Below are positions 12,145 through 27,200 of a stretch of 64,000 nucleotides of DNA, one piece after another. The stretch is from Eledone cirrhosa (lineage: Eukaryota). The stretch lies in the NCBI GenBank assembly GCA_964016885.1, contig OZ024746.1, positions 84,382,001 to 84,446,000 of the forward strand. The letters are read 5' to 3'. The notes under the pieces were generated by a model, which made no database searches, was not told the DNA's origin, and saw nothing but the letters and a program-made list of their open reading frames with translations. The position numbers and the translations under genes are program-made. Position 1 is the stretch's first letter, and every line of letters starts with the position of its first letter.

Positions 12145-14879
12145 ATATATATATATATATTAAACCAGTATGTAAAAATTTAGACACACTTCTAGGTGTT
12201 GTAGAAGCGTGCGTAGGGAAGAGCTCTTAGACTTCGCATTATATATGAAAATATAAATATCTATTTAAGACAAGTTCTCTTATGTTATGTAATTTTCAGA
12301 GTACACCATTACTCCTTGTTATATGTAATTGAGAGTACACGTGCCTTCTCTTTTTGTTTTGTTTTTTGCACATGTTTTATAATTGTCCATTTATTTTAAT
12401 AATTTGCCATTAAAAAATAACATATTTAAGCCCATATAAAAAAAAAAAATTTTATATTTTCATCGAGGAATACTAATCAAAAAGAGAAATATAGACTAAT
12501 TATGTGTCGTAAGGGAAGCGATACTTTTAAACCGTGAACACGGAAATAAATATACAGAAACCAGAATAACTATAGAATACAAACATGAACTTCACTAACT
12601 GTTCTAATTAAATTGACAATAACATTTCGGATATGTTTATTTAATCAAGTTTTTTGTTTTTATTATAAAATATGAAGTCGCATAAAATGTATATTATATT
12701 TAACAAAGATTGTTTGGCCTAATACTGTAATAATGATACAAGAAATCCTAGTCGAAATAATACCTGTAATTATTAAATATATCTTTTGTACATTAAAAAA
12801 ACATTAAATATACATATTTAAAACATAAATTTTTATTTTTTAGAAAATTAAATCACGTTCGTGTTTTCATTGTATTCATTTATTTTGGTTTCTGTTTACG
12901 GCCGTAATATGAAAGATCACTATTACTTACTAAACAAGAACCACACCCTGATATAATCAAAAGATAAATATTTGTTTATTTTATTTCAATTATTTATTTT
13001 GATTAATTAACTTTTTTTTGGTCTCTTGTTTTGAAACTAATGTTATTTTGCCTAACACCGGTACACGGTGAACATCAAATAATTTGTCTATTGATTTTAC
13101 ATGCCAACCAAATGGGGCTAAACACCATATTCAACACTTCTTCCTTTCCCGCCACAACTGTAATTCTCTGGAACTCAATCCTATCCCAATTATTTCCAAC
13201 GACCGTAGAAGATAAAGTTAAACTTCTGCAGTTGATGTTCGATATAAAGGAAACTTCATTACTCATCAGTAGACAGGCCTGTAAAAACTAAAAAAGCTTG
13301 ATGTAAAAGAACTCTCTATCAGAGTGGATGGAACTTGAGAAATATATTCCTGTTGCATCACACGATACACATTATCCAAATATATTTATTCATTTAATTC
13401 AACTAGACTGGAAAATTGAGTTTAAATTGATCTTTTATAAAGTTAAAACGCCTCGAATTAACAGAGTGAGCTGTAATAGTACTTTTTAATGTACATGCTT
13501 GTATTGATGGCTTTAATAATCTAGTTGAAATAATGGTTTCTATTTTTGGCACAAGGTCAGCAATTATCTCAGTACATTACTGGTACTTTATTTTATCGAC
13601 CCCGTAAGGATGAAAGGCAAAGTTAACCTCGGCAGGATTTGAACTCAGGCCGTAAAGGGACGTAACTATATGCTACAAAGCATGGCGTCTGAGACTGCAG
13701 CAGAGAATTGAAACTGAGTTGTGGTTACAGTTCAGTGGGTATTTGAAAACTGGAATTTCCCGTATATGTTAAGTGTTGACTCGTTACAATACTTAGAGAA
13801 CAGGTCGAATCTAGCTGATACTATAACTGTCTATGTTATTGACAGCGTCCAGAAATAATAGGTAAGGAAAATACAGTAAAAAAGCTCTAACTACTACAAT
13901 GTGAAATTATTCTAATGACTACTACGTCTTTAGCGCCGAACAGGAATCTCTTATCATTTCAAACGCTGAAGGGATCGGTGGGACTACCCATTGAGTCAGT
14001 TGAACTTTGAGCTCAAAACGACATTTGTGTAAGAAATGAAAATACATAAAACAATACAATAAAATACAACTTTCTGATACATAGTCTTTATTGTCATTTT
14101 ATTTTATCTGTATACTAATTTATTTATTTACTTTTTTTACATGCCTGGGGTTAATGAAGTGTCAAGGATTCCATGAAGGGGTCTCAGGTCTAAAAAGTTT
14201 GGGGGTTTTTGCACAATGTCGTCGTTTGATCTGTTAAAAATAACAGTCGAATCACGCCCTTTTATAAAAGTACACATTGTATAGTGTAGTCAGGGGTACA
14301 CAAGGACTGAAGAAAGATAGGATGGTTACTGCCTTTGACCATAGTTCGCTTTGTTCAAGGTTGACCTGAAATTGTTTCGTTTTTATTAGGCATAGGACGA
14401 GAAACGAGATGTCAACAATGAAAATCAAAGTAACAGCCAAATTAAATTACTATAGCTGTCATTTGCAATCGGGTTTACCTTGGTAGCATGTACCATGCTT
14501 TTGTTGAAGTTTTTAGGTGTATACATGCAGACAGGCATTCACATCTGAACATTCAGGATATGGTAGCTGGAAGGAAAGAGCTCTACACCAGTACTGTACT
14601 GGTAATTTTTTGTCGACCCCAAAAGGATGAAAAGAAAAATGAATCTCAGCGGAATTTGAATTCGGTAACGCAGACATGGAATAAATGTCCAACGCTCTAA
14701 CGACTCTCCCAAATAGAAGTGGACTGAGATATGCAATTATATAACGTTTATAGAATTGGTACAATCAATTTCAAGAATTAATCCAAAAGCAGTTTTCTTT
14801 TCTTAAAGCACAGTAAAATGTTTGGCAAGAATGGAGTGATTTTAGTGTATCACTGGTACTAATTTATCGAGGTCGGAAG

Positions 14880-14927
14880 GACGAAGGGCATTTCGACAAC
14901 CGGTGTAACAAGGGTCATTTAGCCAAG
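14880..14927 (+). other. Probable non-coding first exon of NDUFAF6 (5' end uncertain)
   Basis: Strong donor CAAG|GTGAGT at 14928; pyrimidine tract plus AG acceptor at 15104-15105, one base before the ATG. Confidence 0.5.
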
Positions 14928-15106
14928 GTGAGTTATCTCCCATGAACTGATGTGTTTGATGGCAAGGTTAAATGTAACAAAAATTTGAAGTGGGAAAATG
15001 ATTTTCTATATGGCTAAACAAAACCTGGCATCTTTCAGCTGATTAATACTAACTTATATACGAATAATTTTATCATTCTTTTAATTTATACATTTCTTTT
15101 ATTAGT

Positions 15107-15252
15107 ATGACACAGTATCGCAATTTTTTATGTAACCGGCATTTGTTGTATTACAAACGACAGTTACTCTTATGGAAAACGATGAACTTCAACAAAAGTA
15201 CGAAAACTGGATCACCACAGAACCCCGTAAAATTATGCATGGATATGGTTAG
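15107..15252 (+). CDS. NDUFAF6: NDUFAF6 coding exon 1 (transit-peptide-like N-terminus)
   Basis: [14 protein letters not shown]...KLCMDMVR; phase-2 donor AG|GTGGGT. Confidence 0.8.
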
Positions 15253-18200
15253 GTGGGTGAAACTTATCACTATTAAGCTTGATTCTAATGAGATTCTTTT
15301 TGTTTATTTCCTACACTCTTTTTCTTCTTAGTCCTTCAGCTCCCTGAATACTATCGGCTATCAACACGTACTTTCTATCCCGTGAAATTCCTTCTTGTCT
15401 TGAAAGTTGGTGAGATGATTCATTGTTGATCCTGGTAGTTCCCACATATTTGGAGTCTACTGTGAATTCTCAGGTCAGAAAACATTGTTTCATTTTTACT
15501 CCCACGCTCAAGATATGTGAACCTGTTTTGCTTTCTTCCAGCATAGTTACGTCCCTTTACGGTCTGAGTTCAAATCCCGCCGAGGTTAACTTTGCCTTTC
15601 ATCCTTATGGGGTCGATAAAATAAAGTACCAGTAATGTACTGATTAATTGATGGCCTTGTGCCAAAAGTAGAAAATTATATATTTTTTTACATTGCAAGG
15701 CTTACGCGTAACCCTCAACTTGGAGGATTCTTTTTAGATTATTATTTTGCCACTAAAACTATCACAACACCGTATGTTTGGATTTGCTTGACGATCCCTG
15801 CAATAATTGGATTGTCTTTAGATGTTAACAATAACAACTGAGTAAAACTTTTCGGGCTTTTCTTTTTGTTGGCTTTTGGAATCTGCTCCGAGGTATTGTT
15901 TGTTTTTCGGCGAATGCCCTTAAGTTCATTTGTGTCGTTATAATACATGGCATATGTTTGTTTGTCAATATAACCGTCATCATAATATTACAAATAAAAA
16001 GAGAAAAAGAAAGAAAAGGGAAAGGAAAAAGAAAAAAATAACACACACAACTAGTACCACATACAACAAAAGGCAGGCGAAAAGGGTGGACAAACGAAGT
16101 GCGCGGAGCACTGAAAACCCTCTCTGATAATTTTTGAAGCAAGCCAGCACGCTCGCAGCGTTACCTCGGGTGATTGGCGAGGCTGATGCACTGGAATAGC
16201 CAAGCGCCTTCACGAGCATCTTGGCATATTGAATTCTTTATTACTCTATCCTGGTTACATGTAATTCTTCCATACTATTTAGTTTACTTTGCACACATAT
16301 GGAAACGGTAGAGCAGAAGATGCGGTGATATCAGGAAAGCTCTGGAGGAGAAAAGTAACGTTCTGTAGCAAATGGGATTGCATTGTCGATATTACACCCC
16401 CTGTACCTGCCACTGCTCTATTATTCTATTTCTTTAATTTCTCATTCTATTTCCTTATAAAGGACTAGCGGCTGAAATGTTAAGGCTCTTTTCCTACTAT
16501 ATCAAGCGTAAAACTAATATATATCTTCGTTGTATTGTGTCATTTGCTTTGTTATTTCTGTTCACCTTTTGCATGCATACATATATATAGCTTGGGGGGG
16601 GGGGGGGGTTGCAGCTGAATACCCTTCCTAACACCAACCACGTTTACAGTGTGGGGCTGGATGGTCTCGTTGTGAGGAGGTTCTGGCCAGTTGGCTGCAC
16701 CATACCCTGCATGTAACAGGACTGTTTAGGCTGGGTTTTTATGGCTGCTGGATGATGTAAAAGGTGTGTTCTTTGTAGGTTGAGAAGAGGTTGGGGCCCC
16801 AGGCAGGATTAGCATAATCTACACAGATTATTTGAAATAAACACAAAATCATTTTTTAATTTCTTATGAGAGACATGTATGATCAAAGGCATTCCAGCTA
16901 TGACCATCGTATCTTTTTTGTGGAATCTAGATGTATATTATCTAATATCTCCTTCCCTTCCCTTTTAAAGGTGTGATTTGAGGGAGAGTGTGCTGCTATT
17001 TCTTGTAAGTCTAGTGACCATATAGAGGCTCCCTTGTTGGCTTGTAATATATTGTTGGAATACTAGTGTTGATACCAAACCACATGAAACAGCTTCTTCT
17101 TGTATGATACAAAGTTGTTTATTTTAAAGGGTTTATATTTATCTAAAATCCTTCTATCATAATTTTATTTAAGAACCTTTCTGTTCCAAACACCAAATAA
17201 ATAACGAGACAGTTATATTGCTAAATCCCCCCAAATTCTTAATTTTCTAAAAAGATATTTGAAAATCACAGGCAGTGTTTTTATTAGAAATATAATAATT
17301 GTTTCTACTTTTGGCACAAGGCCAGCAATTACTCAGTAGATTACTGGTACTTTATTTTATCGACCCCATAAGGATGAAAGGCAAAGTTAACCTCGGCGGG
17401 ATTTGAACTCAGAATGGCAAGGGCCGTAACTCTATACGTCAAAGCATGGCGTCCGACCCTCTACCGATACTGCCAATTCTAGAAATATAATAATGAAAAG
17501 GTTAACTGTTCAAAGACATGCAACCAAGCGTTTACCCTCCATCAGGCATCTACCATACTCTGAATGCCTTGCTTCTTTGGGCATGGATACATTAAAGCTC
17601 CAACATCTGGCAACTAACTTGGTAAACACCCACAAAATTATTAACCATCTTGCCAACAACAACCCTGAGCACCTTTTTGAATTCCATGTCTAACACTCAT
17701 GGGCATACTTACAAAGTCAGAAAACAGCACAGCTCCCATGACTTTCAGAAACATATTTTCATGCTCAGTGTTGCTGAAGCATGGGATAAACTACCTGCAC
17801 CAGTTGTTAGTTGTCGAGATACTGCATCTCTTAAAACCTCATCCTTCCTGAAATTCGTCAACACTACACCTGACATTCCCCCTCCATACACACGCACGCA
17901 TGTATTTGTGTATATATCATGACTCATACATTGTTCACATTCGTGACATTTGTATATTATTCTCTGTACTATACATGCACTTTTGATGAGTTGTAGTGCA
18001 TCTGAGCACTGTACACAATCATTTTCATTATTATTATTTAATATAAAATCAACCAAAAATACTTTGTCATATTTTTCAGAAAAACGGATTTTGAAAACTA
18101 TTTGTGCACACTTTTGTATCCAAACGCAATAAGGACTTCAGCTTTTGGACTAAGGGCATTCAATGTTGAAATTGCCCAGGTGAATATCTAAAATAATTCT

Positions 18201-21200
18201 ACAAAATCTTCAAAGACATTTGATATGTATGTACAATGTACATTGTATATTTATTGTGTATATCATTATACATCCACATATATATCCTCATCATCATTTT
18301 ATATCAGCTTTCCATGCTAGCATAGGTCAAATAGGTTGTCATGGTTTGAGACTGAGTGTGTTGGAGAACCTCATTTCACTTGTATGTTCCTATTTTCGCA
18401 TGGTTTCTACAACTAGATACCTTTCCTAACATCAAACACTTTATAGAGTGTACTGACTGCTTTTTATTGTGACACAGCACTACCACATTAGAGAGTGGAC
18501 TAGATACTAGATAGTTTTGACAAATATAAAAAATTACATAAAATCTCTGAAATTCTACAGGTTCTGGACTTTAATTAGAGGCAACTTCAATGGTGGGACA
18601 GGAATGGTATCTGACTTTAAACACTCTCTCAAGAAGTAACTCCCACCTATGCCAGCATGGAGAAGTGGATGTAAAAATGATTATATAGATATAAGTAACG
18701 TCTAGTTGATTAGGATACTGATATATATAAATATTTGTCTCCTTGAACTTTATATATATATATATATACGCACAGAAGCACGTGCACCCACATTGCACTT
18801 GTTAAACAAGTGATTAGATCTGAGACCATAGAAGTAGGAATATAATTATAGAGTTATATTACTAATTTAAATTACATGATATTTCATATGCCGTTATATT
18901 CATTTAAAATTTACTAAATATTATACTGGTATCATAATTCCCTTTTTCTTGCTGGCAAACCAAGAAATCCTTATTATTAGGATTTATATATCAATAGTAA
19001 ATTCTTTGTTTCATTCTTGTTTAGAGATATCATCCTGATAAAATATATTCTCTCCAGATTAATCAAAATTAATATGTATCAAGTATTCATTAAAACTTGG
19101 TTTTCTTTGTTTTTCAACTAAGAAAATTAAAATATGTATGTGAAGCACTAGAAGAGTTTGAAATTTGAAAATGTGAGTGTCCCAATGGCCAAAAGAAATA
19201 ACTGTGATAACAGTCTATCACTATAATTAATAGTTGAGAAAATCAAGTAAAATACTCTTAGAGATAGAAAAAAGTGGATAGAAGTACCTGTGAGGAATCA
19301 AACCCTGTATCTCTTGAATACAATGCAAGCCTGTTAATCACTATGTTAAGTGGCAACTGACTAGAATATAAACAAATTTATTATAATTTATGGAGCACTT
19401 AGACAATTTAAAAATGTGAGTGTCCCAAATGCAGAAAACGACTACCTTAGGAACATGTAGTCAAGTAGTTTGCTTTGCAACTATAAAGTCTAGGTTTCAA
19501 TCCCACTGCACAGCGCCTTAAGTGTTTTCTCTTATAACCTAGGACTGCTGAAAACCTTGTGAGTGAAACTATGTAGATGGAAACTGTATGGAAGCTCATA
19601 AGATGAATTCCATCTGTAATTTTAAAAGCCAGCCTGTATGCTGGTTATTTATGTTAAAGGTACAAATATCTGTGTAATACTTCAGTCATGTAGCAAAGAG
19701 CAATAGAGAATTGAAGGCATTCCAGAATTTAGTTTCAGATGTGGGCTACCACCCAAACCCACCCCAGTTGTCTGACAAAATATTACCATTGTATTCAAAC
19801 ACTGGTTCTAACCACAGTTTTATAATAAAGTGAGTGCTAGCACACTTGATATAGTACGCCAATATTTTTCTTTATTTAAGGGTTGTCTCCCGTATCAGAA
19901 TTAGTGATTTAAATGATAATTGTTCTCATCACTTGATACCAACCCAGCTGAAGGTGCACAAGATTTATTATATACAATTGCTCATTTTAGAATGTTTATA
20001 CTTATATATATTATCTTTTCATTATAACTATATTTTAATGTGTTTAAATAATGTTCTAAACAGCAGCTAATTAATGACAAACTTACTTTATTAAATTCCT
20101 CCAAATATTTTGATATTTTCAAAATTAAATGAACACACAGGCAGTGATTTTCAGTAGAAATATGTTAATGGAAGAATTAAAGGTGTAATTTTAATTGATT
20201 AAAAAATTTTTGTTTTACTACATCAAGTATGCTCTCTCCTATGATACTATTAAGTTTTTATACAGCATCCATCTCTGGGTATGTTTCACCATGAACGTTT
20301 GTAATAAATATATGGTTTTGTTTTTGTAAAATTTCAGATAAAAGATTTAGTTACGGATCCTAGAATTGGTGAAATCAGACTAAAATACTGGCAGGATGTT
20401 ATTGATGAAATATATCAGGTAATATATTTATAATGTGATAAAATATTTATAGTTCTTACAATTTGATTATTTTTATGATATGGGGTGCGGGGGTTACTTT
20501 ATTTTGAGAAATTCATATTGTTTTGAAATTATAGTTATGGATATCACTTTTCATGGTCATGATAAAAAAGCACTCAGTCCACCTTATCACAAAATGCTTC
20601 CAGTACATACTCTCAAGTGGTTAACATTAGGAAGGGCATCCAGCTGTAAAAACCATGCAAAAAATGGAATGTATGAGCTAAACATGGTACCGGGCTGGTT
20701 TAGCCTCAGAACATGACAAGCTATCTAACCCATGTAAGCATTAGAAATAGGCATTACCCAGAGGTGATAATGATGTGTTGTATAATATATTTGAAACTAA
20801 ATTTGTATTAGACAGTGCCACATTCTGAAAAATATTGTACAATTTATTCTCTATTATTTACAGGGGAAATTGCCTTATTTTCCTGTTGGACAAGAACTTG
20901 CAAGAGTGAGTAAATTTGTAGCTGCCTTTGTTTTTTTTTTAATTTTATTTCATTTCTAGCACTGGTTAGGCAATGAAAACAACCAGAGTATTATAGATTG
21001 CTTGTCTTATAAACATTGTACTTTTCCCATATCATAATCAAGCAATTTGAAACATAAAGTATAGCAACCTAGCTATAAAACTAGCTCCATTTCATTGAGT
21101 CAACAATAGAACCTTTATATAGCTGATAAACCTTCTAGAAATAGTAGCTTAATCTCCCTTAAGTCACTATACTAAGATGGTTAGCATATTCTAGTATGAC

Positions 21201-24200
21201 CTAGTGCTAAGCAACAATAATAGCTACCTCTCTCATACAAACAAATTCTCTTTGTGCTTGTTCAAAATAATCTATATTTTATCCCAGTCACCTTTACACT
21301 TGGCATTAAATCTCACAGTAGCTGATTGAATTACTGTTTGATGAACCAAAGAGGGAGCTTCTGAACTTGTTAGTATTAATACAAGAATGGACACATTTTA
21401 TGATGTATTCAGGGCTGACCTGAAGCTAAACCACAACAATAACATTACAGTTTGTTGCAGCCATCAATTATTCAGAACTTTCTAACCATATTTATTTAAA
21501 TATAAAGCCTCTAGCTTTGCACACATATACAATCTCACATGCACAGTAAAAGATGTTATGTTGTTGTTTAACCCAGGTCAGCTATAATAAAAATAATTAA
21601 AAAAATTAAAAAACTGCAGTTGTGACCATTCTGTATTTTTATTTATCTAAAGTGTTCCAATTTTCACAAGGGTGTGGTTTGGGGGAATTTGGCTGGTATT
21701 TCTAGCATGGTGGGCAACCTCATAAAGTCTTCCTTATATGGGGTTATGAAGTTCTTGGTTGTAGCTATTTCACTTCATTTGCAATTCTAAAACAATTGAT
21801 GTGTCAATAGTGAGAATCATAATTTCTGGTTTAGCTCATTTTCTGAAATCAAGCAAGCTAATAAATCCTAATTGTAACACAGCTCATATGATAAATTCTC
21901 TAGTCAACAAGGCAGCTTAATGTCATAGTTTTACGTGCTAAAAATAGCAGCCAAATCTCTTATATACACCCTGCCATCTTAAAAAGAGAATTCACACTAT
22001 ATGACATAGTCCTAAATACATTATGAATGAAAAAACATTAGCCAGAATGTCTTTAATCATATGTCTACTGAGTTGGTGTTGACTTGGGGTTAACAATAAT
22101 AGCCACGTAAATAAACATTTATGTAGTTAAATGTTGGGCCTAGGCAGCGAATATATTTTTGCCATTACCATCAACAATTACAAGCTGGAGGTAATCCATG
22201 AATTCACTTATCTTCACCTCACCATCATGGACAGATATAATCAGAAGAGCAACCTGAATACTAGCCAGGATGATAAAGAGAGTCAGAGAGGATTGCAAAC
22301 AAATATGCTCTTATATTAGTGCGATATTTAACCCTTTTAATACAAACCTCCCTTCATTTTATGGTACAAACCTGCTCATTTTAAAATGTTCATATTTAAA
22401 TTAATCATAATTAACTGTGAGAACCTTTTGTTAAGTAATATTCCAAAGATGAAAAAGTGACATTGTTACTCAATCCTTCTAAATTCACCTGATTCCCCCT
22501 CCATACACATGCATGCATTTATCTGTGTGTATATCATGACTTATACACTGTTCACTTTCCTGACATTTGTACATTATTTTATGTATTATACATGCACCTG
22601 TGATGAGTTGTAGTGCACCTGAGCACTGTACACAATCATTTTCATTATTATTCAAATCCCGCCAAGGTTAACTTTACCTTTCATCCTTACAGGGTTGATA
22701 AAATAAAGCACCAGTAATGCACTGGGATAATTGCTGGCCTTGTGCCAAAAGTAGAAACAATTATCATTATTAAATTCTACATAATTTTCAAAATAAGTTG
22801 AAATACATAGATGAATTATTTCATTAAAAATATTACCTTAAGCCTAAAAAGAAAACAAATGCCTAATTTATAACAAAACAAATATGTTTGACTTGTCTTT
22901 CTTCATCTTTCTATTATTTTAGGCTGTTCATCAACACAAGTTGTCCAAGCACTGGCTATTACGACTCATTGATGCACGGGTAATTATTTTATTCTTTTAC
23001 TTATTTCAATCATTGAGTAGCACTTCTAAATGATCTAGTGCCTGTTCTCAACAGCTAGATAGCAGAAGTACATAGAATAAAGTGCATTGCTCAAATATGA
23101 TGCAAGCATAGCTTTGAGGTTAAGAAGATTGCTACATAAATGTGGTTCCACTCCTGACCCCATCAAATACTTCCACACTTGGCAATATCCCACTCCTGTC
23201 CATACAGTAGAGAAGGTTGTTCAGTTGAGTCTGTGACAACAGCCATTCTATTGATGGTCTCAGGACTGATACACCCAGTACACCCTGCTAAGCTGTTGAC
23301 AGTAGGAAGCCCCCACTCTCCTGCTGTAGAAACCATGCCAAAAGAGTCAAAGGAGCTTTTTAGTTGTGTCAGGGGCACAATAACCTTCTTAGTGTTGGTA
23401 ATCTACATGATAAATAACCACCCAGTACACTTCAGTTGTGTCAAGGATATGACAATCTCCTTAATGTTGGTGATCTACACAATAAAAGCACCTAGCACAT
23501 ACTGGGGATATGAAGAGCATCTAGCCATAGAAAATTTGTCAAACAAAGGATTGGGAAAACTTTTCAGCTATGCCAAAGACATGTAGCAGTGGCCTCCCTT
23601 GTTGTGACTCACAACCCCAGGAGATTAACAACATCTAGACGAGAAGTAGAACCCTTTCTGTAACTTCCGGTCAGAACCCTATAAAACTAACAACTTTAAG
23701 TTCTCTGCCTCTCATTTGCCCTTCCGGCGCCTGGCCTTCGCCAGGCGTCTCGCGTTTGCCTGGCAATCAAAACGGTAACTACTAACTTTGCTTCATTCTT
23801 TCATCTATTTCATTGACATGTCAACTATACTGTTAGATTGTTAATTAAATATTATACACACAAACCATGTCTCCTTGCTACATTCATACAACCCAGTATC
23901 TTCGCTATAGACATGACAACTTTTCTTGTGTTGGTGTCACAATAAAATGCACTCAGTAGAGCACAAGATTGTATATTGGGCCTCTGGCTCACCAGGAGGT
24001 CAGAAAGGGCTCCGCTTAAATAGTGACCAATCTGTGATGATAATCTTGACCTTTGCTAGCAGGAAACACATGTTAAATGATGATGATGATGATGAAATAT
24101 TTCTTGCTATAACCTTAGATTGACCAGTATCTTGTAAGTAGAATTTGGTAGGCAGAAACTTTAGAAGGTTGTTGTACACACGCGCACGCACAGACACACA

Positions 24201-27200
24201 CATGTAAAATCCTGGCCGCTTGGTGTCGCAGTTGGGATTTGACATATCTCTATACCCACTCTACATCTCCTCATGCATTGAGTTCTCCCATGATTAGTGG
24301 TCTCCTTGGTCTCAGCACTGTAGACTTTACATCATCATCATCGTTTAACGTCCATCTTCCACGAGAATTTTCCCACTTGAGGCAAGATTGGTTGTCTTGC
24401 TCGTATAGGACTGTCTGGCGGATTTTCTACGGCTGGATGCCCTTCCTAACACCAACCACGTTTACAGTGTGGACTGGGAGGTTTTTACCGTGTTACCTAC
24501 ACGGCCACATTACAGCGTGGACTATGTGTTTTTTTGTCGTGACAGCTAGACGACCTGATTTATTTCGGACTGGATGTTGTGGTACCAACATAACTTTACA
24601 TCGAAAGGGGTGATGTGGATGGGGTGGCGGTAGTGGGACGGGTGTGTATTTTTTTTTTTTGTTTTTTTGTTAAGAGGTGCCTACTGACTGTAGGTTTCGC
24701 TTTGTACTTAGGCAAGGCGGGTCTTCTGTATTACTGTGTAGCGCCAAAGATCTCGGTCCAGTGACATTGTCTTGGAGAGGTGTAAGTGTGTGAGGTCGGA
24801 ATTTATCAAGTTGTCCCAGGTTTTTCTGGGTCTGCCTAAATATATATATATTATGTAGCTTTGTATGCTAATATTTTTATTTCACATTGCTCAGTTCACT
24901 CAGCCAGAAAAATTGAATTGTACCTGTAATTCAAAGGGCCAGCCTTATGGGCCACCCTGTGTCATGTTGAATCTTCATGAGAACACACGTCTGTATAATG
25001 CCCAGCCATTTGTACATTAATTTCACAACCAGGTTGTTCTATTGATTGAATCAACTGGAACACTCATTGTCGAAACTGACAGATTTAACAATACAGTTAA
25101 GATATGTAGTTTCAAACACTTTTGTCCTTCATCCTCCTTTGTGTCATGTTTTTTCTGCTTCAGTTCATCAGCCTGAGGGAGAGTCCATTTACAAGTATCA
25201 AGGATATGGAGGACTATGCTGAAAAAACTGTTTCTACCATAAACTATTTACTTCTAGAATGTTTAGGTGAGTAAATTGTTTATTTACTCATTTTGGCCTT
25301 CAATATTTTTTTTAATTTTTAGTCAGAGGAGGATAGTGCTCATGGTCTTTGCCAACAATGTCTAACACTTTCATGATCCTATTTCTAATTAACTATACTG
25401 TATTTCAGTACTAGATCTGGAAGGGGATGGGCTCCACCAGGTTTTAAATGCCCTAGAAATGCCATATGCCACTATACCCTCCACCCCACTTCTCCGACTC
25501 CATCAGGAGTTACAGGACCAGGCATGTATTTCATTACTAGGATAGTAACTTAACATATGGTTCTTAAATGAAATTATCTTGAAAGATATTAATTCAAATA
25601 AGAACCCATTAAAATGGATGGTTTTCATAAAACCGGAGGTGGTTTTGGGTGGGTTTGTATCAAAAGGATTAATGCTGATTTCATGTTATAGTTAGTCTTT
25701 CCTGGATACCATTTCTAACTGATTTGATACCTTTTCTCTACAGCTAGGTAGCAGAGGTGTGTAGAATAAAATGTGTTGCCCAAATATGGTGCAGCCATGG
25801 CTTAGTAGTTAAAATGTTTGGTACATATGACTCTGAATTGTCAGTAGAATTTGGTAGGCAGAAACTGTGTGGAAGATTGCCATACATATGTATATGATAT
25901 ATCTAGGTATGCTAATAACTTTCATCAGTATCAGTAATGTATATGTATATATATATTATATATATGTGTGTGTGTGTAATATATATATGTGTGTGATCAT
26001 CATCATTTTTACGTTCGTTTTTTCACACTTGCAATGGCTGAACACATCTTTTCTCCCTCTGCATCTCTCCACTTGTTACATTCTTTCATTATTTCCTTTG
26101 TGAATCTCAGCAATTTGAGATCAGCTCTCACCACCTCTAGTCAAGTCTTCCTTGGTCTACCTAAACTGCGTCTTCCTTCTACTGCAACTTCCTGGCACTT
26201 CTTCACCCAGTGATCATCATTCATTCACATCATGTCTGTACCAATGCAGTCTTCTCTCTTGTGTACCACTTCGGATTCCACTTTAGCCCAGTTTCTCCTT
26301 CAATTCATCTAAACTCTGCCTTTTTCTCACATTTCCATTGCACATCCAACGAAGCATGGTTGCTGTATATTTTCTGTTAACATTGTATTTTATAGGAATC
26401 AAAAATGTACATGCTGACCATGTAAGCAGTCATATTGGCAAAGCATATGGAATCATCACTCAACTACGGGCAGTACCTTATCATGCTTCAAAGCGAAAAG
26501 TGTATCTACCCTTAGATGTTCTAATCAAAGTATGTCATCATTAGTGGATTTTGTTTGTTTGTTTTTATTTTATTTGGTTTTGTTGTTAATATTTTTTTTT
26601 GGTTTTTTGTTTTGGTCTGAAGGAATGTGTTGTGCCAGCATTGGTGAGGTTGATGTGGTTAGTATTTCATTTGAATAGTTAAAAGTTGATGACTACAGGA
26701 AAAAGAGTCACTGAAAGGGAATTCCAAAGGGCCAAAATTCTGAAGTAGAATAATTGGAAATAGGGAATAGAGAATAATTTCTAATGAAGTCACAAGGCTA
26801 GATTTAAGTTGGGATGGTAGGGAGCGAGCAAGGTTTGGTTGATAAAATCAACTCCAGTGGTACTTTATTTTGTCTAATCTGGAAGAATGAGCAACAGAAT
26901 TGATCTCGGCTGCATTTGAACTCAGAAAGTTAAGAGCTGAGACAAATACTTTAAGGTTTTATTGACATCAACAAGCTAAAGAGGGAGGCTCTAAATAGCC
27001 ACTCAACTATCTAGAAATGGCAGTGAAATCTCACTTGGGAGGAGCATATTGGATAATGTAATCCTACATACATGTATGTGAGAATCCTTAACTCCAGACG
27101 GACTCATAGGCCGTTTTAAACATGTCAGAGCCCACCTCTTTCCAGGTCGGAACACAACCAATTTCTTCCGGAGGAGAGGGAGGAAGTGATAGATATATAT

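Noticed and set aside
19281-19357. Functional tRNA gene
   Set aside because: Stems do not pair well; interpreted as a SINE head
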